A DNA stretch of 64,000 nucleotides from Eledone cirrhosa (Eukaryota), in assembly GCA_964016885.1 (NCBI GenBank), contig OZ024743.1, forward strand, positions 202,740,001 to 202,804,000, in the 5' to 3' direction. Made by a program: the position numbers and the translations under genes. Under the pieces are notes generated by a model. It made no database searches. It was not told the DNA's origin and saw nothing but the letters and a program-made list of their open reading frames with translations. Shown here piece after piece: positions 27,664 through 39,889 of the stretch (the stretch's first letter is position 1; every line of letters begins with the position of its first letter).

Positions 27664-27888
27664 CGCTAAGGATCCGATAGGGTGAATCAATTGTTCTCTC
27701 TATGGTGAACTAACTGTTGTGGAACCACTTCTATATATATATATATATTATTAGAAAGTGAGGTTTTTTTTACAAAATGAAAAATAACCGAGGTGCTCAA
27801 CACGAGTGAAAGTATAAAGGAAAAAAGATGAAATCGAAAATGCAACTGGTGTCTTATTTTAAAATATATATATATATTTATTTGGTTC

Positions 27889-27924
27889 CTTTACCGGTTT
27901 CGCAGTTCTTCTGCTTTTCAAAAG
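27889..27924 (-). ncRNA. Hammerhead ribozyme, U3/A8 core variant
   Basis: Reverse complement: CTT-TTGAAAA-GCAG/AAGAA/CTGC-GAAA-CCGG-TA-AAG. Confidence 0.68.
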
Positions 27925-29442
27925 TAGAGTTGAGATGGAGGGTCTGTGGTTTTTCTCACATCTGGTTGGTGTCTGAATGTTACTTGTTTTATATGGAACA
28001 AAGTGGCTCGAAATGCCAGGTTTTTAGAGAAGTAATTTGATTGGTTGGTCAATAATTATAATAAATTTCGCGCCAGTTCGCGTTACAAAGTTCTTCAAAC
28101 AAGCCGGAGAGTGCTCAGGTTGTTCTTTCATATATGAGTGTTTGAATTTCTTTTTACTCAAAAAAAGAGGCTCACGAAGGCTTTTTTTTAAATAAACGTA
28201 ATTTGATTGGTTATAAATGAAATTCTGGATGTCACGTGAACAGGTTTTCATTAAATTTTCGCGCCCTTATTTGGAAATCTATTCTGTAGCCTTTTTAGAG
28301 AATTTTATGACAAGCAAAAGATAATGGTCAAGAGTAATGGGATGGGAGAATTGTTCTGGTTCAGTGAATATGGCTAGTTCGCTGGGGTGTCAGAATTCAG
28401 ATTTTCTATTAAAATAAATAAAGTAAAGATGTGTATGTTTATTTGTGTGCTTGTGTGTGTGTGTATATATGTGTGTAGGAAAGTGATTATTTTAGTAGAA
28501 ATGGGGGGTTATGTGTGTGTATGGGTGTTATGTGTGTGGGAGTATGGTTAGCATGTTAAGATGAAGAGAATATATATACATTGTGTGTGTGTGTGTAGGA
28601 AAATGATTCCTTTAGTAGGAATATTTTTGAATGAACATATTTTCCTTATTTATTCTGTTGTATTGTCAGCGCAAACGTATGTTAAGGTTTATTTAGTTCG
28701 GTTTTTTTATTGTCTAAAGTAGCAGGTGTTATGTGTGTGTGTATGTGTCTATTTGGATGGTTAGCATATTATGGTGTTGACATAATGTATATTAAACCAT
28801 AATTAATGCTGGTCTATATTTTCGAATAAACATATTTTCCTTATTTATTCGTATTTGTTCTGTTGTATTTTTAGCGCAAAGGTAAACTGGGAAGACATGG
28901 AATATGGGTGTCTTATTACTTGCGCATATGTCTAGATGTGCGCTTAGTGGTATCTGTCTCGTGGTTGGATCTCGTAATTGTTGGCGATGAACTGTCATTC
29001 TGTTTCTGAGTGTGAGTTTAGTTTGTCCTATATAATCTTCATTGCATCCTTTACATTTAATGGCATGAAGTAGATTTTTTGATGTGCAAGTGAAGTGATT
29101 TTTTACAGCAAAATTTTGTCCTGATTTAAATGTATACGTGTTGTCTTCAATGAGGTGAGTGCAGGTTCCACAATTAGAGCGACCACATTTTTTGACAGTG
29201 GGTTGTGGGTTTGTGGTAGGTAATTTGTCATTGGTGAGTAATGTTTCAGTGATTTCGGTTGTCTTTTGCTTTTGATTATTGTGTTTTGTTTCAAGGGCTT
29301 TTTTCAATCTTGGGTTTTGTTTTAGTAGTGGGATGTTCTTGTGAATAGTGTTGTAAGCTTCCGCATTTCTTGGGTTGTGTGTTGACATATATGAGACCAA
29401 CCAGATGCGAGAAAAAAACAGACCCTCCATCTCAACTCTCTA

Positions 29443-29478
29443 CTTTTGAAAAGCAGAAGAACTGCGAAACCGGTAAAG
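29443..29478 (+). ncRNA. Hammerhead ribozyme, U3/A8 core variant (inverted copy)
   Basis: CTT-TTGAAAA-GCAG/AAGAA/CTGC-GAAA-CCGG-TA-AAG. Confidence 0.68.
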
Positions 29479-29546
29479 GAACCAAATAAATATATATATA
29501 TATTTTTTTCAAAATAAGACTCCAGTTGCATTTTCGATTTCATCTT

Positions 29547-29638
<92 letters not shown>

Positions 29639-29647
29639 TAGAGAGAT

Positions 29648-29702
<55 letters not shown>

Positions 29703-29951
29703 ATATTGTAACAGTTGCTATCAATTCAATGAAAGCGCTAAGAGTCATTAATATATATATATACACGTGTGTGTGTGGGTGTCAGTGGTACGAAGTGTCG
29801 ATGCATGATGAGGTGCAAAGTTTTCTCCGTCTTCTTACTGTAGACACTCAATATACAGCTGCTCCTGAAGTTGAGCTATAACACTAGCGATCAACCTTCA
29901 CTTACGATGAAAATACAAAATGGGACGATTGACTTCTCTGCAATACATATA

Positions 29952-30430
29952 TACGAGTTTTAACCCAAACGTAAGCGTACTTATTTTCCTATGTACAACA
30001 TAGTAAGACAGCACCACGTTTATGTACATAGGCCCAAAGGTTATGACCGTGGCAGCACGTACGTGTTTATTACAACATGATTGATTGTGTCAGTCGGGTG
30101 TTATTCCTGTTCATCTCCAGTTGTGTTTGTAACCTCTGTTAAGTTTGCGATGCAGGAAAACAATCAAACAACGGAACGCGATAGGATTTTGTAAGCAACT
30201 CAACAAATCGTAATATTTCACCGAAATATTTAATTCTTTAACACAAACATAAAGAGATACATCCTATCGAGAAATAAGGTTTTTAAGTGGCACAAAGCTT
30301 TCAAAGGAAACAGCAAAAATTTTGAAGAGGAACCTCGTTCTGGAAGGTCATTGCGTCAACAAATAAACAAAGTGTGGAATTGGTTTGAGCGGTGATGTTG
30401 AAAGATCATCGTTTAAGTGTTTGAATGGCG
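29952..30430 (+). mobile_element. Mariner transposon 5' remnant (decayed HTH region of the transposase)
   Basis: Starts TACGAG; broken frames read QRNAIGFCKQLNKS, VFKWHKAFK...FEEEPRSGR, KDHRLSV. Confidence 0.72.
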
Positions 30431-30458
30431 ATGTAGCATCTTTTGTTATTTTATTAAA

Positions 30459-30683
30459 AGGGCGGTGGTTTGGCAGTATCGGTAGAGGGTCAGGCGCCAT
30501 GCTTTGCAGTATAGAGTTACGTCCATTTATGATCTGAGTTCAAATCCCACCGAGGTTAACTTTGCGTTACATCTTTAAGGGGTCGATAAAGTAAAGTACC
30601 AGTCACGCACTCCGGTCAATTTGATTGACTTTCCCTTACCCCAAAATTGCTCGCCTTGTGTCTTTATAAGAAAGCTTTATTTT
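30459..30683 (+). mobile_element. tRNA-derived SINE
   Basis: GGGCGGTGGTTTGGCAGTATCGG...GAGTTCAAATCCC...GGGGTCGATAAA. Confidence 0.85.
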
Positions 30684-31180
30684 ATTAAAATATATCATTC
30701 TTCTAGAAGAAGCAGTAACTTTTCCAAAATTATTTTATTTATAGAAATTGTTAGATTGATCTTCAGGATCCTAGAATCTTTATTTGTATTCTATATCCCT
30801 TCGCAATTTAGTTTTCGGTTTCCTTTTTACGTTTCATCGTCCTTTTTACATGTTATTAAAGAAGGATATTTCTTAGCTATATTTCTTTCCTTCAAAGAAC
30901 TGTCTTAGATTCTAATGTTAGATCCCAAAGTTAGAAGGAAGAACAATTGCCATCAATTCTACCATTGCTACTGAATTAGTCAGATCAATCTGATTGTAGA
31001 TATTTGGGAAGTTCTTTTCAGTTGGCACTGCATTTCTACTACTAGGGACTTGTTATATACATTTCATAATTTGTTTGTAAAGGTGAAAGGAATAAAGGAA
31101 AATGAAAAAAATATTAAGGGATAATGATACCTTGGAAATCTGTATTCACGTGTGGGAGTCTATATATAGGGATATGGATA

Positions 31181-31257
<77 letters not shown>

Positions 31258-31468
31258 TTTCTGAATTTGTTTAGCAAGATTCTTTATCTGAAATCGTGTG
31301 TTGAAACCGATATTGTTATACTTTGGGAGGGTCATGTTGCCAATAAGAAACACACGCACCAGTTGCTTTCACTTCAATTTAATTTAATATATATTTATAA
31401 ATTTACAAATTTATAAATTTCTGGTTGGTTGGTTGGTTCCACAACCAGATAGTTGTTTATATATATAT

Positions 31469-31513
31469 AGTCATAGTTCTTTCGTCACACACTCTGTGAC
31501 CTCTTCAGTGACT
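31469..31513 (-). ncRNA. Minimal type I hammerhead ribozyme
   Basis: Mirror of 35194-35238. Confidence 0.78.
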
Positions 31514-31809
31514 GGGGATTTCTTTCTTCGTTTCTGTGCCTTTCCTTTCTTCTATCCTACGCCATTTTGTTTGTGTGTGGGTTGCGTGCTCAGTTTGCGC
31601 ATGCGCCACATCCGGGTGTCTGTGTGTGTTTGTGTTCATTTTTCTATTTTTCTATTTATATTTGTTTGTTTATTTATTTATTTATTGTTGGTTGGTTGTT
31701 TGTTCTATGTGTGTGTGTGTTTTCATTTTGTCTTGTGTGTGTTTTCATTTTGTGTGTGTTTTCAATTGTAAGTTGTTTATATATGTGTGTGTGTGTTTTC
31801 ATTTTGTCC

Positions 31810-33243
31810 TTAATTGTAAGTTGTGATGTTGCTGTTCCACTCATATTTTCTATTTAATTTTGGTTTTAATTCTTTTATGCTTACTGCCTCTGTAATTTGC
31901 CTAAACATTGCGTCTTTCTTGTGTGTGGATTCTATTTTTATTTCTATGCTCTCTAATTTACCCCTGTGTTCTATCTTAGCATGTTGGTAGAGCACAGATG
32001 ATTCTTTACTATCTTGGAGGTCTCGCCAGTGTTCATTTATTCGTTCCCCTATACTACGAGCTGTCTCACCTATGTACACTATATTTTTGTTTCTACATTG
32101 TCCCTCAGTACATCTTATGCTATATACTACATTTCTAGTTTTACAGTTAATATGGGGGCTTATTTTACAGGTTATACATTTCTTATCTATACATGAGGGT
32201 CTTTGGAACGGGTATGTCTTGCTAATAAGTGTTTTTACGGAGGTACCAGGTCTTTCTACTATCTTAATATTGAGATTATGTTTCTTTAGGGCCCTTCTAA
32301 ATTTGTAGGCTAGTTCACCTCTAGGGGTTGTATTGATGAACATTACACTCTGGTATTTATTGCTATCATACCATGAGTTTATTCTATTGGCCTTGTTCTT
32401 AGTTCTTTCTATTCTATTCCAAAATTTGCTCCTATACAAGGGGCAGGTCCCATTTATGTCATTATTTACCATTTTTTCCCATTTGGTTCTGGCTCCTTTA
32501 TACACTCTGATTCTATCTCTCTGATTGTAGCCAGAGAACTGCATACGGTGGATGAAGTGTTGTATGTGTCTCTCTAGTTCTTCGGGGTTGCACATGCGGG
32601 ACACATTTCTCATCACCCGTATCAAATCCGCAATCAGTATGTTGATTTTGGTATGGTCCGAAATGGCCGAGTTTCGGTGGATCAGATGTTTGGAAGTCAT
32701 GGGTTTGGCATAATGGGAATGGAGGATTTGTTTTTGGTTGTTAATAGTATCTAACCAGAGCTCTGTGTCTAGTACAGGTAATCGATGGTTGGGGTGTCTA
32801 CTTGGGTAGTCTATAGTAACTCTAATGCTCTGGTGGATGGAGTTTGCTATTTGCTGGATGCTTTCCATTGTGTTTTTCTCAGGTTCCTGACTGTTCTTTA
32901 GTGGGGGTGTCTTAACTACGATGTTTATATCATCTACGTAGCGGGAGTACATTATCAGGGTTAATCTGTCTTCTAATTGTTCTTTAAGTTTTTGTTTAAG
33001 TCTACTGTCCCACCATACCATGAACAAGTTAGCTATGTCGCCTGCAATGCTAACACCAATGGCTGCTCCTTCCTCTTGGGCATATGTTTTACCATTAAAT
33101 TTGAACATATGTTCCTTAAGGGTTAATTTTATGCTGGCCCCTACCGCATGTGCAATCATTTTCTTCAGTTCATCGTGGTTTTCGGGTGTCCGTATGGCTC
33201 TGGTCCACCCGTTCCATCTATCTGTGTGGGTTTTCTTGGCCAT
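31810..33243 (-). CDS. PLE RT (from motif B region) plus thumb plus GIY-YIG endonuclease, 5'-truncated, 477 aa
   Basis: QEEGAAIG..ANLFMVWWD, RYVDD, LPVLD, CX4CX2C linker, VVYSIRC..YIGETAR..RINEH, RQITEA. Confidence 0.9.
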   Translation of the reverse strand: MAKKTHTDRWNGWTRAIRTPENHDELKKMIAHAVGASIKLTLKEHMFKFNGKTYAQEEGAAIGVSIAGDIANLFMVWWDSRLKQKLKEQLEDRLTLIMYSRYVDDINIVVKTPPLKNSQEPEKNTMESIQQIANSIHQSIRVTIDYPSRHPNHRLPVLDTELWLDTINNQKQILHSHYAKPMTSKHLIHRNSAISDHTKINILIADLIRVMRNVSRMCNPEELERHIQHFIHRMQFSGYNQRDRIRVYKGARTKWEKMVNNDINGTCPLYRSKFWNRIERTKNKANRINSWYDSNKYQSVMFINTTPRGELAYKFRRALKKHNLNIKIVERPGTSVKTLISKTYPFQRPSCIDKKCITCKISPHINCKTRNVVYSIRCTEGQCRNKNIVYIGETARSIGERINEHWRDLQDSKESSVLYQHAKIEHRGKLESIEIKIESTHKKDAMFRQITEAVSIKELKPKLNRKYEWNSNITTYN

Positions 33244-33463
33244 TGAGGTAATGGTAGGTGGTCTGCCTCTTGCTGGTCTTGTAGGGCACAGGTTGCTAAG
33301 GTCATAAGTGTCTAGGTAACTATTACTATGGGTAAGCTTAAGTAGAAATCAGCTGGGACTTCTACTTAAGCTTACCCATAGTAATAGTTACCTAGACACT
33401 TATGACCTTAGCAACCTGTGCCCTACAAGACCAGCAAGAGGCAGACCACCTACCATTACCTCA

Positions 33464-34897
33464 ATGGCCAAGAAAACCCACACAGATAGATGGAACGGGT
33501 GGACCAGAGCCATACGGACACCCGAAAACCACGATGAACTGAAGAAAATGATTGCACATGCGGTAGGGGCCAGCATAAAATTAACCCTTAAGGAACATAT
33601 GTTCAAATTTAATGGTAAAACATATGCCCAAGAGGAAGGAGCAGCCATTGGTGTTAGCATTGCAGGCGACATAGCTAACTTGTTCATGGTATGGTGGGAC
33701 AGTAGACTTAAACAAAAACTTAAAGAACAATTAGAAGACAGATTAACCCTGATAATGTACTCCCGCTACGTAGATGATATAAACATCGTAGTTAAGACAC
33801 CCCCACTAAAGAACAGTCAGGAACCTGAGAAAAACACAATGGAAAGCATCCAGCAAATAGCAAACTCCATCCACCAGAGCATTAGAGTTACTATAGACTA
33901 CCCAAGTAGACACCCCAACCATCGATTACCTGTACTAGACACAGAGCTCTGGTTAGATACTATTAACAACCAAAAACAAATCCTCCATTCCCATTATGCC
34001 AAACCCATGACTTCCAAACATCTGATCCACCGAAACTCGGCCATTTCGGACCATACCAAAATCAACATACTGATTGCGGATTTGATACGGGTGATGAGAA
34101 ATGTGTCCCGCATGTGCAACCCCGAAGAACTAGAGAGACACATACAACACTTCATCCACCGTATGCAGTTCTCTGGCTACAATCAGAGAGATAGAATCAG
34201 AGTGTATAAAGGAGCCAGAACCAAATGGGAAAAAATGGTAAATAATGACATAAATGGGACCTGCCCCTTGTATAGGAGCAAATTTTGGAATAGAATAGAA
34301 AGAACTAAGAACAAGGCCAATAGAATAAACTCATGGTATGATAGCAATAAATACCAGAGTGTAATGTTCATCAATACAACCCCTAGAGGTGAACTAGCCT
34401 ACAAATTTAGAAGGGCCCTAAAGAAACATAATCTCAATATTAAGATAGTAGAAAGACCTGGTACCTCCGTAAAAACACTTATTAGCAAGACATACCCGTT
34501 CCAAAGACCCTCATGTATAGATAAGAAATGTATAACCTGTAAAATAAGCCCCCATATTAACTGTAAAACTAGAAATGTAGTATATAGCATAAGATGTACT
34601 GAGGGACAATGTAGAAACAAAAATATAGTGTACATAGGTGAGACAGCTCGTAGTATAGGGGAACGAATAAATGAACACTGGCGAGACCTCCAAGATAGTA
34701 AAGAATCATCTGTGCTCTACCAACATGCTAAGATAGAACACAGGGGTAAATTAGAGAGCATAGAAATAAAAATAGAATCCACACACAAGAAAGACGCAAT
34801 GTTTAGGCAAATTACAGAGGCAGTAAGCATAAAAGAATTAAAACCAAAATTAAATAGAAAATATGAGTGGAACAGCAACATCACAACTTACAATTAA
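33464..34897 (+). CDS. Identical inverted copy of the PLE RT/GIY-YIG ORF; frame stays open upstream into the spacer (QLGLLLKL...GRPPTITS)
   Basis: Same motifs as 31810..33243; lacks the N-terminal RT motifs, so probably non-functional. Confidence 0.9.
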   Translation: MAKKTHTDRWNGWTRAIRTPENHDELKKMIAHAVGASIKLTLKEHMFKFNGKTYAQEEGAAIGVSIAGDIANLFMVWWDSRLKQKLKEQLEDRLTLIMYSRYVDDINIVVKTPPLKNSQEPEKNTMESIQQIANSIHQSIRVTIDYPSRHPNHRLPVLDTELWLDTINNQKQILHSHYAKPMTSKHLIHRNSAISDHTKINILIADLIRVMRNVSRMCNPEELERHIQHFIHRMQFSGYNQRDRIRVYKGARTKWEKMVNNDINGTCPLYRSKFWNRIERTKNKANRINSWYDSNKYQSVMFINTTPRGELAYKFRRALKKHNLNIKIVERPGTSVKTLISKTYPFQRPSCIDKKCITCKISPHINCKTRNVVYSIRCTEGQCRNKNIVYIGETARSIGERINEHWRDLQDSKESSVLYQHAKIEHRGKLESIEIKIESTHKKDAMFRQITEAVSIKELKPKLNRKYEWNSNITTYN

Positions 34898-35193
34898 GGA
34901 CAAAATGAAAACACACACACACATATATAAACAACTTACAATTGAAAACACACACAAAATGAAAACACACACAAGACAAAATGAAAACACACACACACAT
35001 AGAACAAACAACCAACCAACAATAAATAAATAAATAAACAAACAAATATAAATAGAAAAATAGAAAAATGAACACAAACACACACAGACACCCGGATGTG
35101 GCGCATGCGCAAACTGAGCACGCAACCCACACACAAACAAAATGGCGTAGGATAGAAGAAAGGAAAGGCACAGAAACGAAGAAAGAAATCCCC

Positions 35194-35238
35194 AGTCACT
35201 GAAGAGGTCACAGAGTGTGTGACGAAAGAACTATGACT
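35194..35238 (+). ncRNA. Minimal type I hammerhead ribozyme
   Basis: AGTCA-CTGAAGA-G-GTCACA/GAGTG/TGTGAC-GAAA-GAAC-TA-TGACT. Confidence 0.78.
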
Positions 35239-35449
35239 ATATATATATAAACAACTATCTGGTTGTGGAACCAACCAACCAACCAGAAATTTATAAATTT
35301 GTAAATTTATAAATATATATTAAATTAAATTGAAGTGAAAGCAACTGGTGCGTGTGTTTCTTATTGGCAACATGACCCTCCCAAAGTATAACAATATATA
35401 TATATACATATATATATATATTTACATATATCTCTGTCTCTATCCATAT

Positions 35450-35497
<48 letters not shown>

Positions 35498-35515
35498 CCA
35501 TATCCCTATCCATAT

Positions 35516-35821
<306 letters not shown>

Positions 35822-36162
35822 AAAAATACTCCGTCACACGTATCTGGAAAATGCACGTTGAGTTCTCGATTTTAATTACATCAATGTTTTTATAGTATAT
35901 ATATATATATACTAGGAGTGAGAAATGAAATTTCGTTTCATTTTTTCCGTTTACATATATATATTAAATTACAAAATATGAGGAAATAATAGACAAAAAT
36001 ATACCTATTTTTTCTTCACAGCCTCGACTGCAATTTCGCTGATCCGTGTGCAACTACCCTGCACTATAAAAATGCAACATCGCTGTAAGGTTGATAGGGC
36101 TTATCAAGAGACCACTCAGAAAAAGAACTGTTTCTTGATGCGTTCGTGTATATATATAACAT

Positions 36163-36380
36163 AATAGTACCACTGATGATGGCACAGGCATTTGATGAAA
36201 GAACTTTGATAGACTATATATATATATATATATATTTATATCTATATTTTTAACTGTTGGTCATGTAATGATAAACACTGATTGCAAGCTAAAGTAAGTA
36301 TAGGGATATAAAATATACAGAAGCGAAAAGCAATCCAAACCAAACAATGGGTGTGGTTTATTATATATTTCTGGCAATAT
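36163..36380 (+). mobile_element. Solo PLE 3' end with a degenerate HHR (family of 20773 and 62020)
   Basis: ACCACTGATGATGGCACAGG...GATGAAAGAACTTTGAT, then sequence homologous to the reverse complement of 62050-62180. Confidence 0.65.
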
Positions 36381-36383
36381 ACA

Positions 36384-36414
<31 letters not shown>

Positions 36415-36453
36415 CTATCAGATTTGAGGCGGGGAAAACCAGTTAGACCATTA

Positions 36454-36484
<31 letters not shown>

Positions 36485-36487
<3 letters not shown>

Positions 36488-36852
36488 CAATATATTAATA
36501 AATTGAAACTATATCTATTAAACCATAATTATTTTACTATATATATGTCAAGGGCGACCAAGGTAAATTATGGTGCGCTTTCATCAGATAAAATACAGAT
36601 TTGTTTTATAAATAAATATTGACATACCCGGAAAAAAGACAACCTCAACGGTTGAAATTCGCTGGATATCAGGCGAATTTCAACCGTTGAGGTTGTCTTT
36701 TTTCCGGGTATGTCAATATTTATTTATAAAACAAATCTGTATTTTATCTGATGAAAGCGCACCATAATTTACATTGGTCGCCCTTGAAATATATATAATA
36801 AAATAATTACGGTTTCATAAATATAGTTTCAATATATTAATATATTGTATAT
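36485..36852. mobile_element. Palindromic HHR-bearing mini-element (axis ~36668)
   Basis: ~180-bp arms; plus-strand HHR at 36740-36805 (TATTTTAT-CTGATGA-AAG..CTT-GAAA-TATATA-TA-ATAAAATA); the minus-strand copy at ~36530-36596 has GACA for GAAA. Confidence 0.8.
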
Positions 36853-36893
36853 TTACTCCACCAAATTGAATATAACCTCTGCATATTATATAC

Positions 36894-36954
<61 letters not shown>

Positions 36955-36966
36955 AATATATATATA

Positions 36967-37048
<82 letters not shown>

Positions 37049-37247
37049 TCTGTGTGTAAGTGTATTTATATACTTATGTATAATTTGATTTTTATCCAAT
37101 CTTATCCAATTGTTCGAAGATTGAAGTAGGATGAAATGAGGCATTGGTTATTTTCCAAATTGCAGACGTTAGACCTGTTAATTTACAAGGACAAACTTCG
37201 TTTAAGACAGCCTAACTGTCATATATTTAAACAAACACGCTTACACA

Positions 37248-37368
<121 letters not shown>

Positions 37369-38058
37369 TCTCCCTCGCCGTCCACACACTCACAAACACA
37401 CAGACAAAAGTTTACATACTCGCAATCACATTCGTCTGTAGAGTGAAAATGAGAGGGAATGTGAGAACGTAAGAAAAATTATAAAGCAATAGAAAAAGAC
37501 AAATAAAGAGAGAACCAAACAATCAGACAAAAAGGAAAGAATGAACAAACGATGCTGTGATTATAATGACAGCGTTTGTGGCGCAAATAAGGGTTAGTAA
37601 TATTGGAGATTGGAGATTAGAACTTGGAATTGGCATGACGCCAATAAGATGTTTACAGGACACAGTGGCATTGAAATATATAGAGAACTGCTTATAAAGA
37701 ATGAAACATTGCTGCATATGCCTTCACATTTCGGACACACCTACACATAAGCACAAACAAACACACATGTGTATATAATTATATACATACAGATATATAG
37801 ATAGACAGACAGTCACACATTCACGTGTGTGTGTGTGTGTGTGTATATGTGTGTGTGTAGGGGGAGGGGTATTTGGCAATAAAGAACGTGAAAGTGACAG
37901 GAAATCATCTCTTTCTTTAAAATGTACGGGATTATGTGGTCAGAAATATGTACACACACTGATGTATGAACTCAATCCCACACAGAAACACACCCACACT
38001 CACCTTCACACAAACACGCACACACACATAAAAAACACACACACACATACACACAGAG

Positions 38059-38137
<79 letters not shown>

Positions 38138-38140
<3 letters not shown>

Positions 38141-38648
38141 ATAATAGTAAAATTGAAGACTAAAATCCAAAGAGGGCTCGATAAGGAAAATATATATCAA
38201 ATATATAAGAACCGTAGAGCAAATATTTATTAAAATAACAGATTAAAGATTAAGCAAAGAATCGCTGCTTTCACCCTTAACAGGATCTTCTGAAACTAAC
38301 AAAGTCAATCTGTAAACGCAGAACTGGATATTTCAAAAAACGTTGCAACCGGAGGAAGACAGGAAGACGATACTTTGGTTCGTGGTAACGTTCGCTGGCA
38401 AAGAACGGGAAAAAACGAATAATACGTCATTAAGAGGAGCGGTGAAAAACAATTACGCGCAAAGACAAAACCACGTTTATGGTATAAAAGAGGTCGTAGA
38501 CTAATGTTCTCTTAGGTGGTGCATAGAGACGTTCTCTGGCAATGAACGAAAAAACGAAGATAATAAGTCATACGTGGAGCGTGGAGAATAAAAGCACGCA
38601 AAGACAAAACCACGTAAATGGTATAGCAGAAGTCGTAGACTAAAATTC

Positions 38649-38693
<45 letters not shown>

Positions 38694-38797
38694 TAAATAG
38701 AAACTACAGAAGGACGGACTGGAAACTTTCCTTAACAAATATATATATATATGTACACACATACACACAAACACATATATACATACATACAGACATG

Positions 38798-38834
<37 letters not shown>

Positions 38835-39152
38835 CTTTTTCACCGCACCAAATAATGACGTTTTATATTCGTTTTTTTACCGTTCTTTGCCAGGGAACGT
38901 TTCCACGAACCAAAGTATCGTCTTCTTGTCTTCCTCCGGTTGCTACATTTTTTGAAATATTCACTTCTGCGTTCACAGATTGACTTTGTTAGTTTCTGAA
39001 GATCCAGTTAAGGGTGAAAGCAGCGATTCTTTGCTTAAACTTTAATCTGTTATTTTAATAAATATTTGCTCTACGGTTCTTAAATATTTGATATATATTT
39101 ATCCTTATCGAGCCCTCTTTGGATTTTAGTCTTCAAATTTATTATTATTACT
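38138..39152. mobile_element. Inverted-repeat element with ~300-bp arms and an HHR-like motif
   Basis: 38138-38450 mirrored at 38835-39152; internal ~125-bp tandem duplication (38380-38640); CTGAAGATCC-AGTTAA-GGGTGAAA at 38996. Decayed homolog at ~45590-45735. Confidence 0.72.
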
Positions 39153-39157
39153 ATATA

Positions 39158-39339
39158 TAATTGTTTCTACTTTAGGCACAAGGCCAGCAATTACCCAGTG
39201 CATTACTGGTACTTTATTTTATCGACCCCGTAAGGATGAAAGGTAAAGTTAACCTCGGCGGGATTTGAACTCAGAATGGAAAGGGCCGTAACTCTATGCT
39301 GCAAAGCATGGCGTCAGACCCTCTACCGATACTGCCAAT
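39158..39339 (-). mobile_element. tRNA-derived SINE
   Basis: Reverse complement of the SINE consensus (CTGGTACTTTATTTTATCGACCCCGTAAGGATGAAAGG...GGATTTGAACTC). Confidence 0.85.
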
Positions 39340-39350
39340 TATTACTATAT

Positions 39351-39418
39351 ATAATGAGGGTCAGAGACCGCTGGAGAGAACTCGTCCATGGATCTCGGGA
39401 ATTTTACCCGGCTTAGAT
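39351..39418 (+). mobile_element. Very short 3' tip of the RTE element
   Basis: Near-identical to 19002-19068. Confidence 0.8.
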
Positions 39419-39540
39419 AGATATATATATATTTTATCATATTTATTCGGATATTAGTCTCCACATTTATCATTACCGAGTACTCTAGTGGGTAATGGTC
39501 TAACTGGTTTTTACCGCCTCCAATCTGATATATATATATA

Positions 39541-39600
<60 letters not shown>

Positions 39601-39605
<5 letters not shown>

Positions 39606-39792
39606 AAAAAGTATCACCCCGACGGCAGAGGCCAAGTCGTTCGACGGCTATTTCTGGACTGAAATAGCCGTCGAAACGGCTTGAGCTCTGCCCTCGGGGT
39701 CATACTTTTTCCTATTTCCCACTCTACTACCCTAAGTATTGAGTAGTCTGGTGCGTTATGGTCCATCTGGTTCCTTACCACAATTCCTTTAT
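39601..39792. mobile_element. Short foldback element, family of 4525-4731, with the tail on the right arm
   Basis: CGACGGCTATTTC-tggact-GAAATAGCCGTCG centre; tail homologous to the reverse complement of 4525-4606. Confidence 0.65.
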
Positions 39793-39851
39793 TATATATA
39801 TATTATGTAAATAAACCGAAGAAGCCTTCAATACATCAAAAGTGTTTATTA

Positions 39852-39889
39852 GCCAACAATGTTTCGTCCTATTAAGGACTCATCAGGGC
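39852..39889 (-). ncRNA. Canonical-core minimal hammerhead ribozyme
   Basis: Reverse complement: GCC-CTGATGA-GTCC/TTAATA/GGAC-GAAAC-ATT-GTT-GGC. Confidence 0.85.

Larger units (their letters stand above)
27826..29545 (-). mobile_element. 5'-truncated PLE (GIY-YIG with Cys-rich linker) with an inverted 3'-end copy at its 5' junction
   Basis: ORF 28792..29430(-): KKCGRSNCGTC, FTCTSKNLLHAIKCKGCNEDYIGQT, RINKENMFI; 27826-27970 is mirrored at 29396-29545. Confidence 0.85.
31256..35397. mobile_element. Indel-free palindromic PLE insertion: ~2.04-kb arms (31310-33347 / 33360-35397), 12-nt spacer, extra ~54-nt tail on the left arm, flanked by (TA)n
   Basis: Mirrored ORF coordinates inside the arms sum to 66707 (no indels); both 477-aa translations are identical. 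Confidence 0.95.
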
